Sequence record: PQ330092.1
Length of the DNA: 64,000 bases
Strand: one strand, 5' to 3'
In this document: positions 29,739-39,303 of the stretch, piece by piece
Layout: the number at the start of each line of letters is the position of its first letter
How positions within the stretch are numbered: position 1 is the stretch's first letter
Translations under genes and position numbers: made by a program
The notes under the pieces: generated by a model
The model's database searches: none
Told to the model about the DNA's origin: nothing
What the model saw: only the letters and a program-made list of their open reading frames with translations

Positions 29739-31943
29739 ATGGCTGGAAATACAAGTGATTACCTACTCCAGCAGTTGGTTAATCAAACTAAAGATAACAA
29801 CGATAGTTTGAGTGCTATTCGTGAGTTATTGGCTGAAAATATAAAAAATGATAGAAAGAAATCCGGTTCTAAAAGTGGAAAACGTAATGGAAGTAATTCA
29901 TCAAGTACTGGAAACCGTGGCTCTCGAACAAATAACAAAGCTGATGATGGTAAAGAATTTGGAAAAATATTCAAATCATTATCATCTGAAGTATCGAATG
30001 TCGGCAAAACTATGATGAGTACGTCTGCAAACGTTAGCAATGTTGTAAACTCACTAGGAATGAGTGCATCTTCATTTGCTGGTTCATTAGCAATGATCCC
30101 AGGTCCAGTTGGTGCAGCAGCATCTGCATTCAAATTGGTTGCTGACGCTGGTTTAGCAGTTTATAATGTGTTAAATGCACAGCTTGAAGTTTATAATAGA
30201 ATAAACAGTGCTGGTGTCGCTCTATCTGAAGGTTACGGCTCCATATTAAAAGGTGCTGGTGCATCAATGATGAGTATTGATGCATTTGGTGAAGCATTAC
30301 AAACTCATAGTGCCGTTGTTGCACAATTAGATGGTGCATATGGTGATGGTGTTTCTACATTTGGTAAATTATTGGGTACTGTGCAACAAGCACAAAATCA
30401 ATTAGGTTTATATGGTGTTTCTCAAAAAACATTAACTGATTTAACTGCACGTAATATTAAATTCCAAAAGCAATTTGGTGGAAGAGAAATGTTACGTAGT
30501 ATGGATCAAGCAAAAAGTACTGAACAGTTTATCATGAGTATGACTAAGTTCAGTAAAAGTATGGGTGAGTCAGTTGATGCACTATTAAATAAAACACAAA
30601 ACTTAGATAAATCATTAGACACACGTTCAATGCAAATCGCATTACAAAACTATTCTGGATTATCTAGTAAAGCAGCAGTTGCAACATCAAAAGCATTTAA
30701 CGAAGCTGCTGCCAGTATGGGTGATGCTGGTGCAGATTTTCTACGTTTAATTTCACATCGTTTAACTATTGGTGGAGTACCAGATGATTTATTGACTCCA
30801 GTACTGAACCAATTTGCTGATTTAGGTGAGAACTTGGTACGTAGTGGTGTTACTGATTCACAAGAAATTCGCCGTCAACAATTGGAATTTGTTAAAAAGA
30901 ACAAAGAACTAATAAAGCAAGATCTATTAAATCAGATACAATTAGGAAACACTACGGCAGCAACCTTCAACCAACAACTACTTGATATGGAAGCTGCGAT
31001 TAATGATCCTAAGAGTCAACCAGCAGATAAACTAACACAATTCACTGATAGATTCAATAGATGGATTAGTAAAGAATTTACTGAACCATTTAATAAAATG
31101 TATGCAGATACACAAAATTCTATTGCGGATTACCTTACTGATATTGCAGACCGTACTGATGGTGCATGGGAATTTATCGGAGAGTTAGCACTTGATGGTT
31201 TTGGTTTGGTTCCTATTGCGAAAGATGCAGTTGCGTATTTGGATAGGATTGGTGGTGAGTTTGAGCAGTGGTTAGAAGGGTTAGGTACTGAAATTTTTGG
31301 TAGTGGATATAATAAAGTTTCAGAAGCATTTGATAGCTTTATGAATAACCTAATGGATCTTCCTGGTAAACTTTGGGATTCTGTTAAAGGTTGGTTTGGT
31401 GGATCAGACGACAAAGTAAAAGTAGAAAACAATTCTGTTACCGATGGTGCAGAAAAAGTTAATAATTATTTTGAAGAAAAAATGAATTCATTTGGTGATT
31501 ATATTTCTAGTTCATTTGATGGTTTTTTAAAATGGAATTCAAGTAGAAACTTTAAACAACCAAAACCCCTTGATGAATCAGTTGCTGAAAAACTTATTAG
31601 TAGTGGTCTTGAAAATAAGCCAAGAGCAACTGCGAGAATCGAAAAATCTGAACATGTTGCACCATATGTTACCATAACTCCAAAAACTTTTGATAAATCA
31701 GCATGGGGTCCAAATGAACCACCAATTCAAGCTGAACCGGACGATTATGAGGCCATGAAAGCGATGATAAATAGTGGTAGTAGTATGGCAAATGCTAATA
31801 ATAATGCCACAATATCAGAAGACATGAAAGAGTTACTTAAAAAACTTGCTGATGTTAATGAGCAATCTCTATCTGCCGTGCAACAGACAAATAACTATCT
31901 AAGAACTATCTCTGAAAACACTCAAGGTGAGAGAAACAGTTAA
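29739..31943 (+). CDS. Probable tape measure protein (gp29 equivalent)
   Basis: 734-aa Ala/Gly/Ser-rich helical protein next to tail chaperones, late promoter. Confidence 0.55.
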   Translation: MAGNTSDYLLQQLVNQTKDNNDSLSAIRELLAENIKNDRKKSGSKSGKRNGSNSSSTGNRGSRTNNKADDGKEFGKIFKSLSSEVSNVGKTMMSTSANVSNVVNSLGMSASSFAGSLAMIPGPVGAAASAFKLVADAGLAVYNVLNAQLEVYNRINSAGVALSEGYGSILKGAGASMMSIDAFGEALQTHSAVVAQLDGAYGDGVSTFGKLLGTVQQAQNQLGLYGVSQKTLTDLTARNIKFQKQFGGREMLRSMDQAKSTEQFIMSMTKFSKSMGESVDALLNKTQNLDKSLDTRSMQIALQNYSGLSSKAAVATSKAFNEAAASMGDAGADFLRLISHRLTIGGVPDDLLTPVLNQFADLGENLVRSGVTDSQEIRRQQLEFVKKNKELIKQDLLNQIQLGNTTAATFNQQLLDMEAAINDPKSQPADKLTQFTDRFNRWISKEFTEPFNKMYADTQNSIADYLTDIADRTDGAWEFIGELALDGFGLVPIAKDAVAYLDRIGGEFEQWLEGLGTEIFGSGYNKVSEAFDSFMNNLMDLPGKLWDSVKGWFGGSDDKVKVENNSVTDGAEKVNNYFEEKMNSFGDYISSSFDGFLKWNSSRNFKQPKPLDESVAEKLISSGLENKPRATARIEKSEHVAPYVTITPKTFDKSAWGPNEPPIQAEPDDYEAMKAMINSGSSMANANNNATISEDMKELLKKLADVNEQSLSAVQQTNNYLRTISENTQGERNS

Positions 31944-31954
31944 GGACGAAAATA

Positions 31955-33694
31955 ATGAGTTGGAAACGACATATGACAGTGGGAAGGTCTAAACTATCGA
32001 CCATCCCAAATCAGTCCAGTAATAGCAATAAATCAACAGGAACGAAAACAAATTTCGCTTCCTACCTTCCTGTTGTATATAATGGATTGGCAAACCGTAC
32101 TGAGCGTTATAGTCAGTATGAGCAAATGGACCAAGATCCTGAAATTAGAACTGCATTGAATATAATTGCTGACTTTTGTACCCAAAGTACTGAAGATTTT
32201 GGTTTACCATATAAAATCAAATATAAAGATGACATTGGTGATACTGAAGTAACGACTATTGAAGATCGTTTAGATGCATGGACTGAACAAAATGATTTTA
32301 AAACACGAATGTATGAAATTGTGCGTGGTCTTCTGAAATATGGTGATCAATTTTTCATTCGAGATCCAGAAACATTCGATTGGTATTGGGTAAGCCCCAA
32401 AAATGTTGAGCAAGTATTTGTTAACGAAGCCACTGGTAAAACACCAGTAATTTATTATATACGTGACGTATCATTAAATTTGAAAGATAAAGTTTTTAGT
32501 AACCTTCAAGTAGGATTTGATAAAACCGCTTATCCAGGAGCTATTCCGACAACAATGGGTGGCGGTGGTTCAGTAGCTGCGGGTGGTGCATCTGGTTTTA
32601 CAAGTCAAGGAAATACTGCTGACCCATTCAGTACTAACGGTCAATTAGACGTTATTCCTGTTGGTGCAGAACACGTAATTCATCTAACGCTAAATACAGG
32701 ACAAGATGGGGTATGGCCTTTTGGTACTAGTATACTTGAGGACGTGTTTAAAGTCTATAAGCAAAAAGAACTTCTGGAAGATAGTATCATAATTTATCGT
32801 GTACAACGTGCACCTGAGCGTCGTGTATTTAAAATTGATGTTGGTGATATGCAAGCACACCAAGCGATGGCTTATGTTGAAAGATTTAAAAATGAAATCC
32901 ACCAGCGTAGAATACCTTCAAACAAAGGTGGAAGTACTTCATTAATGGATGCAGCATATAATCCATTAAGCATTTTAGAAGACTACTTTTTCCCACAAAC
33001 TTCTGAAGGTCGTGGTTCAGATGTTCAAACATTACCAGGCGGTGATAACTTAGGACAAATTGATGACTTACGTTATTTTAATAATAAATTGATTCGTGGT
33101 CTTCAAATACCAGCTTCTTATCTACCACAAGGTCCAGATGATGGTGGTGTTTCATTATTTGGTGATGGTGCTACACAAGCTATGGCAAGTGAATTGCGAT
33201 TCAATAATCAATGTATGCGTTATCAACGTTTAGTTGCAAAACATTTTGATGCTGAATTCAAAAGATTTATGGTTAAAAATGGATATAACATTAGTACTTC
33301 ATCTTTTGAAGTTATTATGAATCCACCTATTAACTTAGCTTCTTATCGTAAAGCTGAACTAGATGCTAAACTAATTAATACATATCTTCCTCTTAATGAC
33401 TTGCCTTATATGGCGAAACAAACAATTCTTGAAAAAATGGGCTTTTCTAAAGCTGATATTGTTAAGAATGAACAAATGTGGTTACAAGAGAATCCACAAG
33501 ATGGTTCCCAACCTTCTGGTGGTGAAGAAGATTCCGCTGGATTACAGTCTGTTGGTATTGATGCTCCAAATGATCCTGGAATGGATCTTGGTATTGATGG
33601 AGAAGGTAATTTGGAAAGTGCTGATGCCGAATACCAAGAGCAACAGAGTGGAAGTGGTGGTTTCAACCCTAATAATTTAGGCAATTCTTTTTAA
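31955..33694 (+). CDS. gp20: Portal protein
   Basis: YEQMDQDPEI...LLEDSIIIYRVQRAPERRVFKIDVG...EDYFFP...GRGSDVQTLPGG.NLG.IDD..YF..KL..GL.IP. Confidence 0.93.
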   Translation: MSWKRHMTVGRSKLSTIPNQSSNSNKSTGTKTNFASYLPVVYNGLANRTERYSQYEQMDQDPEIRTALNIIADFCTQSTEDFGLPYKIKYKDDIGDTEVTTIEDRLDAWTEQNDFKTRMYEIVRGLLKYGDQFFIRDPETFDWYWVSPKNVEQVFVNEATGKTPVIYYIRDVSLNLKDKVFSNLQVGFDKTAYPGAIPTTMGGGGSVAAGGASGFTSQGNTADPFSTNGQLDVIPVGAEHVIHLTLNTGQDGVWPFGTSILEDVFKVYKQKELLEDSIIIYRVQRAPERRVFKIDVGDMQAHQAMAYVERFKNEIHQRRIPSNKGGSTSLMDAAYNPLSILEDYFFPQTSEGRGSDVQTLPGGDNLGQIDDLRYFNNKLIRGLQIPASYLPQGPDDGGVSLFGDGATQAMASELRFNNQCMRYQRLVAKHFDAEFKRFMVKNGYNISTSSFEVIMNPPINLASYRKAELDAKLINTYLPLNDLPYMAKQTILEKMGFSKADIVKNEQMWLQENPQDGSQPSGGEEDSAGLQSVGIDAPNDPGMDLGIDGEGNLESADAEYQEQQSGSGGFNPNNLGNSF

Positions 33695-33696
33695 AC

Positions 33697-33703
33697 ATAA
33701 ATA
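33697..33703 (+). promoter_or_regulatory. Late promoter
   Basis: ATAAATA after the portal stop; leader hairpin at 33716-33741. Confidence 0.65.
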
Positions 33704-33767
33704 ACAGTGTATAAGAATGAGGGTTTATTTTTACCCTCATTTATAATGCATATTTCAAGGAGATCAA

Positions 33768-33995
33768 ATGTTAAAGGACATCTTTGAATCTAGCAGTGAT
33801 TCAATGTACGACCCTGAAGATGATCAGAACGTATATAAAATTACTGATTCCAGAAAACCGAAACTAACATTACAAGTATTAAACAACTTAAGAAAGTACC
33901 GTGAATTTAAAGCACATGAAGAACAACGCCGCAAAAATGTGGTTGCAGTTGTTTATGCCGCTGCACCAACTGGTGACGGTTCTGGGTTAATGTAA
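33768..33995 (+). CDS. Small head-cluster hypothetical protein
   Basis: 75 aa, AAGGAG RBS, late promoter. Confidence 0.65.
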   Translation: MLKDIFESSSDSMYDPEDDQNVYKITDSRKPKLTLQVLNNLRKYREFKAHEEQRRKNVVAVVYAAAPTGDGSGLM

Positions 33996-34096
33996 ATCAA
34001 AAATCGCACTTTTTAAAGCTTTTAAAAAAGGCGATTTTATTCAGTACTAAATAATATCATACTTTATACGAATGTAATATATCTATGGAGGATATA

Positions 34097-34945
34097 ATGG
34101 CGAATTTAAAACTACTACAAGAAGCAATTGCGGCGTTTGCAAATGGCGAACAAGATATTGCTGATAAAAAAATGCGTAAGTATTTCGTTGAGCAAGCTCA
34201 AGAAATTAACAAACAACTAGAAGAAAGCATGGAAGATGAAGACGACGATGAAGATTGTGAAGTCGAAGTTAAAGTCAAAGATGAAGAAAAGCTTGACGAA
34301 GATTTTGATGTACAACCAGACGAAGGTCTAAATGCTGAAATCGAATACACCCTTGGTGAAGAAGATGAAAGTGCAGAAGAAGAAGTTGAATTCTCTGCTG
34401 ATGCAGATGGTGACGGTGAAGACGATGTTGACGTTGAAGTGAAAGCTGATGCTGATGTTCCTTCCGAAGACCAATGGGAATCAATCCAAGATGCTTTCCG
34501 TGGCCTACAACAAATGTTTGATGAAATCGGTGACGGTGAAGTTGATCTAGATTCTGAAGAAGAAGTAGAAGATAGCGAAGAAGAAGTTGGAGTTGACGGT
34601 GACGACGAATTTGCTGATGTTGAATTCGGTGATGAAAAATTCGGTGAATCCTTCAAACTAGAAAAAGTTGCTCCAGTTGATAAGAAAGAAAAAGCTGGCA
34701 CTCATTCCAAATCTCCAGTAGCACCAGAAGCTAAATCTCCAGTAGCAGGAGCAGAGCCAGTTAAATTCGCTAAGAAAACTGACCAAGCACCACTACTAGA
34801 CCTAGATGATAAATCTGTTCTACCAAAAGATAGTCTAGATCTTGGTAAAAATGCTCGCGGTGAAATGAAAGATGTTAAAGCACCAAAAACTACTGCATCT
34901 AATTCTAAATCACCACTAAGCAAAGCACAACCTAAACTAAAATAA
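34097..34945 (+). CDS. Acidic prohead core protein (gp67-like role)
   Basis: Very Asp/Glu-rich, between portal and protease; GGAGG RBS fits ATG 34097; CTAAATA promoter variant at 34047-34053. Confidence 0.55.
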   Translation: MANLKLLQEAIAAFANGEQDIADKKMRKYFVEQAQEINKQLEESMEDEDDDEDCEVEVKVKDEEKLDEDFDVQPDEGLNAEIEYTLGEEDESAEEEVEFSADADGDGEDDVDVEVKADADVPSEDQWESIQDAFRGLQQMFDEIGDGEVDLDSEEEVEDSEEEVGVDGDDEFADVEFGDEKFGESFKLEKVAPVDKKEKAGTHSKSPVAPEAKSPVAGAEPVKFAKKTDQAPLLDLDDKSVLPKDSLDLGKNARGEMKDVKAPKTTASNSKSPLSKAQPKLK

Positions 34946-34948
34946 ATA
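34942..34948 (+). promoter_or_regulatory. Late promoter overlapping a stop codon
   Basis: ATAAATA upstream of gp21. Confidence 0.6.
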
Positions 34949-34965
34949 TCTGAAAGGAGATCATT

Positions 34966-35589
34966 ATGAGTAGTATGATTCGTGAATGGTCTTCATTCAA
35001 TGATTCTAAAGTTGTTTTGGAACATCGTGATAATGGATTTGGTGGGCGTGACTGCTATCTTCGTGGTATTGCTATTCAAGCCGACCAACGAAATTTGAAC
35101 GAGAGAATTTACCCTTTATCTGAAATTACAAGGGCAGTAAATAACATGAACCAGCGTTTAGCTAAAGGTGAAAGCATTCTTGTTGAATGTGACCATCCAG
35201 AAACACTAACTATTAACCTAGACCGAGTAGCAGCAATGATTACTAAGGTTTGGATGGAAGGTGCTAATGGTATGGCAGAAATCAAACTACTTGATACTGC
35301 ACATGGTCAAAATATCCGTAAAATGCTAGAGGCTGGTGTAAAACTTGGTGTAAGTTCTCGCGGTTCCGGTAACGTTGATTATAATGGAATAGTTTCTGAT
35401 TTTGAAATTATCACTATTGATATTGTTGCTCAACCTAGTGCTCCAGAAGCATACCCAACAGCGGTATTTGAATCTCTGATGAGTAAGTACGGATCACCTT
35501 GTAATAGTTCTAAAAAAATCACTGAATCTAAAAAAGTAAATAATTTAGATTCTGAAATATACGATTTTTTCAAGAAATTAAAAGGTTAA
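34966..35589 (+). CDS. gp21: Prohead protease
   Basis: NLNERIYP, ECDHP, LGVSSRGSG, DIVAQPSAPEAYP motifs. Confidence 0.9.
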   Translation: MSSMIREWSSFNDSKVVLEHRDNGFGGRDCYLRGIAIQADQRNLNERIYPLSEITRAVNNMNQRLAKGESILVECDHPETLTINLDRVAAMITKVWMEGANGMAEIKLLDTAHGQNIRKMLEAGVKLGVSSRGSGNVDYNGIVSDFEIITIDIVAQPSAPEAYPTAVFESLMSKYGSPCNSSKKITESKKVNNLDSEIYDFFKKLKG

Positions 35590-35600
35590 CATTTTAAAAA

Positions 35601-35608
35601 TATAAATA
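35601..35608 (+). promoter_or_regulatory. Late promoter for scaffold
   Basis: TATAAATA, overlapped by an 11-bp inverted repeat (35604-35614/35623-35633). Confidence 0.75.
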
Positions 35609-35655
35609 TCTGTATGTTGAAGTACAGATATTTCAGTACTTAAAGGAGAGAACGA

Positions 35656-36771
35656 ATGTCTAAATTAGAAAAGCTTCTAAAAGAATCATCTCTTTCTGAT
35701 GAGGCAAAACAGCTAATTCAGGAAGCATGGAATGAAGAAAAGAATACACTAGCCGCAGAGATGCGTGAAGAAATGAAAGGCCGTTATCAGCAAGATTTGG
35801 CTGAACTAACCGAAGGTTTGAACACTATGGTTACTCAAGTCATTGCTGAAGAAATGGGTGCTGTATATGAAGAGAAAAAACGTCTCGTTGAAGATCGTGT
35901 AACTCTACGTAAAACACTAAGCAATTTCTCTGCGTTTTCAAACTCTGTTTTGGCTGAAGAAGTTAAACAAATGCGTAAAGAACGTAAGCATCTTCATGAA
36001 TGCATGGGTAAATTCGTTAATTTTTCTAACGGTATCCTAGCAGAAGAGCTAAAAGAATTCCACACTGAAAAACGTCAACTAGTTGAAACTCGCGTTAAAC
36101 TACTTGCTGAAGGTTCACGTCAAATTGCTGAAGCTCGTAATAACTTCATCAAACGTACATCTGAAAGTGCTGCTAAATATATTGCAGAAACCACTCAGAA
36201 GAATCTATATGCGTTGAAACAAGATCTAGTGGAAGCAAAACAAAATATGTTTGGTCGTAAAATCTTTGAAGCATTTGCTCAAGAGTTTAATGTCAAACAA
36301 TTTAATGAAAACTCATTGCTACGTTCCCTAACTGAATCAATTAAATCTAAAGAAGATGAAATTGCTCAAGTTAAGCAAGAACTACATGAAACTGCTAATG
36401 CCGTTAAAGCTGCTAAAACCAAACTACGTATTATGGAAGATGCACAAGCACGTAATGCGATTATGTCTGAACTAGTAAAACCACTAACTGCACAGCAAAA
36501 ACAAATTATGGAATCCCTTCTAGCTACTTCACCTACTGAAAAGCTTAAAGAAGATTTCAGCAAGTACCATAAGTCAGTACTTAACGGTACTAAAGTAAAT
36601 GAATCTGCTACCACTCGTCAAGCAGTTCAGTCTTCCGCTAAGAAAACTCTTGCAGAAGGTAAAGTAATCACTGGCAACCGTCAGGCTATTGTTGAAAGCG
36701 AAGAAATGACCGCTGACGATATGGCATTCCTAAAAGAACTCGATGTTCTTTCAGGTATCAATAAAAAATAA
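35656..36771 (+). CDS. gp22: Prohead scaffold protein
   Basis: Long Glu/Lys coiled coil between protease and capsid genes. Confidence 0.75.
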   Translation: MSKLEKLLKESSLSDEAKQLIQEAWNEEKNTLAAEMREEMKGRYQQDLAELTEGLNTMVTQVIAEEMGAVYEEKKRLVEDRVTLRKTLSNFSAFSNSVLAEEVKQMRKERKHLHECMGKFVNFSNGILAEELKEFHTEKRQLVETRVKLLAEGSRQIAEARNNFIKRTSESAAKYIAETTQKNLYALKQDLVEAKQNMFGRKIFEAFAQEFNVKQFNENSLLRSLTESIKSKEDEIAQVKQELHETANAVKAAKTKLRIMEDAQARNAIMSELVKPLTAQQKQIMESLLATSPTEKLKEDFSKYHKSVLNGTKVNESATTRQAVQSSAKKTLAEGKVITGNRQAIVESEEMTADDMAFLKELDVLSGINKK

Positions 36772-36809
36772 ACATTTTAAAGCATTTTAATAATCAAATT
36801 TTTCAGTTC

Positions 36810-36817
36810 TATAAATA
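36810..36817 (+). promoter_or_regulatory. Late promoter for major capsid
   Basis: TATAAATA inside an 8-bp inverted repeat (36799-36806/36826-36833). Confidence 0.8.
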
Positions 36818-36862
36818 ATATCATACTGAAAAACGAATATAACATCTTTAAGGAGATATATA

Positions 36863-38038
36863 ATGTCACAACTACTAAATGAATCCAAATGGGTAGCAGT
36901 AAAAGAGAAACTAGTTGAAGGTCTACAGGGTACTCGTAAGTCTGTAATGGAAACTGTTCTTGATAACCATCGTAAAGTTATGCTAACTGAATCCGCAACT
37001 TCTGGTGCAACTACCGCTGGTAACATCGCTACTCTAAACAAAGTGATTCTACCAATTATGCGTCGTGTAATGCCAACCGTTATTGCTAACGAAATCATCG
37101 GTGTTCAACCAATGACTGGTCCAGTTGGTCAGATCCACACCCTACGTGTGCAATATGCTGATAACGCACCTGGTGTTATCGCTGGTGAAGAAATGCTTTC
37201 TCCATACAAAATCGCTAAATCCTACTCTGGTGATCTAAATGCGGATAATAGCAACCCACAAGCTGCTCCTACTAGCCAACTAGAAGGTACTATGGGTCGT
37301 CGCGTTAACATCCGTATTCTACGTGAAACTGTTGAAGCGAAATCTCGTCGTCTATCTGCACGTTGGACTGTTGAATCTGCACAAGATGCTCAATCCCAAC
37401 ATGGTGTTGACGTTGAAGCAGAACTAATGGCTGCAATCGCTCAAGAAGTTACCGTAGAAATCGACCAAGAGCTACTAAGCCGTCTACGTGCACTACCTGG
37501 TGCTGCTGCTGTAACTTATGACCAATCTAAAGTTACTGGTGTTGCAACCTTCGTTGGTGATGAGCACGCTGCTCTAGCAACTCTAATTAACCGTCAAGCA
37601 AACGAAGTTGCTCGTCGTACTAAGCGTGGTGCTGCAAACTGGGCTGTTGTTTCCCCAACTGCACTAACCATTCTACAATCTGCTACTACTTCTAGCTTTG
37701 CACGTACCACTGAAGGTACTTTCGAAGCACCAACTAACGTTAAGTTTGTAGGTACTCTAAACAGCACTATGCGTATTTTTGTTGATACTTATGCAAGTGA
37801 TGCAGAAGATATTCTAATTGGTTATAAAGGTAATGCAGAAACTGATGCTGGTGTGTTCTATTGCCCATACATCCCACTAATGGCTTCCGGTACTGTAATG
37901 GACCCTAACACTGGGGAACTCGTTACAACTTTCTTAACCAGATACGGGTATGTTCAATTGACCGATAGCACCAGTTCACTAGGTAACGCTGCTGACTACT
38001 ACAGCAAAATCGCTATCAAAAACGTTACTTTCATGTAA
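36863..38038 (+). CDS. gp23: Major capsid protein
   Basis: RRVMPTVIANEIIGVQPMTGPVGQI.TLR, VEAKSRRLSARWT.E.AQD, EIDQE, FYCPYIPL. Confidence 0.96.
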   Translation: MSQLLNESKWVAVKEKLVEGLQGTRKSVMETVLDNHRKVMLTESATSGATTAGNIATLNKVILPIMRRVMPTVIANEIIGVQPMTGPVGQIHTLRVQYADNAPGVIAGEEMLSPYKIAKSYSGDLNADNSNPQAAPTSQLEGTMGRRVNIRILRETVEAKSRRLSARWTVESAQDAQSQHGVDVEAELMAAIAQEVTVEIDQELLSRLRALPGAAAVTYDQSKVTGVATFVGDEHAALATLINRQANEVARRTKRGAANWAVVSPTALTILQSATTSSFARTTEGTFEAPTNVKFVGTLNSTMRIFVDTYASDAEDILIGYKGNAETDAGVFYCPYIPLMASGTVMDPNTGELVTTFLTRYGYVQLTDSTSSLGNAADYYSKIAIKNVTFM

Positions 38039-38081
38039 TTGTAATAGATTTAAAAGATTTAATCAAGAAATTAAAAACAAT

Positions 38082-38110
38082 AGGGACTCTTCGGAGTCCC
38101 TTTTCTTTTT
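38082..38110 (+). terminator. Terminator after major capsid gene
   Basis: AGGGACTC-TTCG-GAGTCCCT plus TTTCTTTTT. Confidence 0.92.
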
Positions 38111-38121
38111 AATAAAAACCA

Positions 38122-38150
38122 TTGACACAATATTCTGGTATGTATATAAT
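38122..38150 (+). promoter_or_regulatory. Perfect sigma70 consensus (early) promoter
   Basis: TTGACA-N17-TATAAT with an A-rich upstream tract. Confidence 0.85.
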
Positions 38151-38182
38151 ACGCACATACACGCTATCAAAGAGACAAAAAT

Positions 38183-39280
38183 ATGCCAAACGTAAGTATC
38201 AACAAAGAAGAGTTTATTAACCAAATGACTGCTAAGTATGGAGAATTTGACTTCAGTACTTTAGTATTCAAGGCAAGTAAGACAACAGTGAAATGCAACA
38301 AGTGTGGAAAAGAAAACACCAAACCTGCACTTCGTCACATTGCATGTACATGTGCATCATGTTATTCAAACATGTCACAACGTTCAAATAACGACACATT
38401 CATCAGTACTGTAGAAACTAAATTTGGAAAAGATAAATTCAAATTTGATAAACTAAATTACACTAACGCTATAACAAAAGTAACACTGTTCTGCACTGAT
38501 AAAGAGCACAACAATTACTTTGAAATCACACCAAATAAATTTCTTTCTGGTAAAGGATGCCCCGTATGTAATAAAAATGAAGCATATAGTACTGAATCAT
38601 TCACTGCAAAAGTAAAAGAAAACTATGGTGATGCATTGGACTTGACGAATACTGTTTATGTCAATCAGAAAACTAAAGTAACGGTTCATTGCACAAAAGG
38701 ACATCATGACTGGACGGTAGATCCAAAAACTCTAATCGTCGGTAAAACTGGCTGTGGTACATGCTCTGGTAAAGGCGGTCGAAGTACGGAACGTTTCATT
38801 GAACTGGTGTCTCCTATCCATAACCATAAGTATGATTATAGCTTGGTTAATTATACTATAAGCGAGAATTATGTTGATATTGTATGTCCGATGCATGGTG
38901 TTTTCTCCCAACAACCAAAAGCACATATGGCTGGTAAAGGATGTCCATCATGTGGTGAATATGGATACCAACCATCAAAACCTGGATATTTCTATGTACA
39001 AAAACTAACTAACAATAACAAGACGGTGTACAAATATGGGATCACTGGTGATATGAAACGCCGTGTCAACGAACAAAGCCGCAATTCTGAGTTCGAGCAT
39101 GAAGTACTTATAGAACGCTACTTTGAAGATGGCAATCAACCATTACTGTTGGAAAAGTTCATAAAGAAATACATTGAAAGTGGTGTGGTAAGTACTGAAG
39201 AGTTACCGTCAGGATTTACTGAAACATTTGATGCTAAGTATCTTGAAAGTGTTTTAGAAATTGTAAATACTTTTAAGTAA
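38183..39280 (+). CDS. Free-standing homing-endonuclease-like protein: Cys/His repeats plus GIY-YIG-like domain
   Basis: Three repeats ending GKGCPVC/GKTGCGTC/GKGCPSC; C-terminal GYFYVQ...YKYGIT....RR...E. Confidence 0.78.
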   Translation: MPNVSINKEEFINQMTAKYGEFDFSTLVFKASKTTVKCNKCGKENTKPALRHIACTCASCYSNMSQRSNNDTFISTVETKFGKDKFKFDKLNYTNAITKVTLFCTDKEHNNYFEITPNKFLSGKGCPVCNKNEAYSTESFTAKVKENYGDALDLTNTVYVNQKTKVTVHCTKGHHDWTVDPKTLIVGKTGCGTCSGKGGRSTERFIELVSPIHNHKYDYSLVNYTISENYVDIVCPMHGVFSQQPKAHMAGKGCPSCGEYGYQPSKPGYFYVQKLTNNNKTVYKYGITGDMKRRVNEQSRNSEFEHEVLIERYFEDGNQPLLLEKFIKKYIESGVVSTEELPSGFTETFDAKYLESVLEIVNTFK

Positions 39281-39303
39281 ACAATCTAAAGGAGTTGACA
39301 CGG

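Noticed and set aside
34709-34747. 15-nt direct repeat (KSPVA twice) in the prohead core gene
   Set aside because: Two-copy in-frame duplication in a low-complexity protein; ordinary
39295-39300. TTGACA / TTG start at 39295
   Set aside because: No -10 follows; it lies in the RBS spacer and ATG 39304 fits the GGAG better
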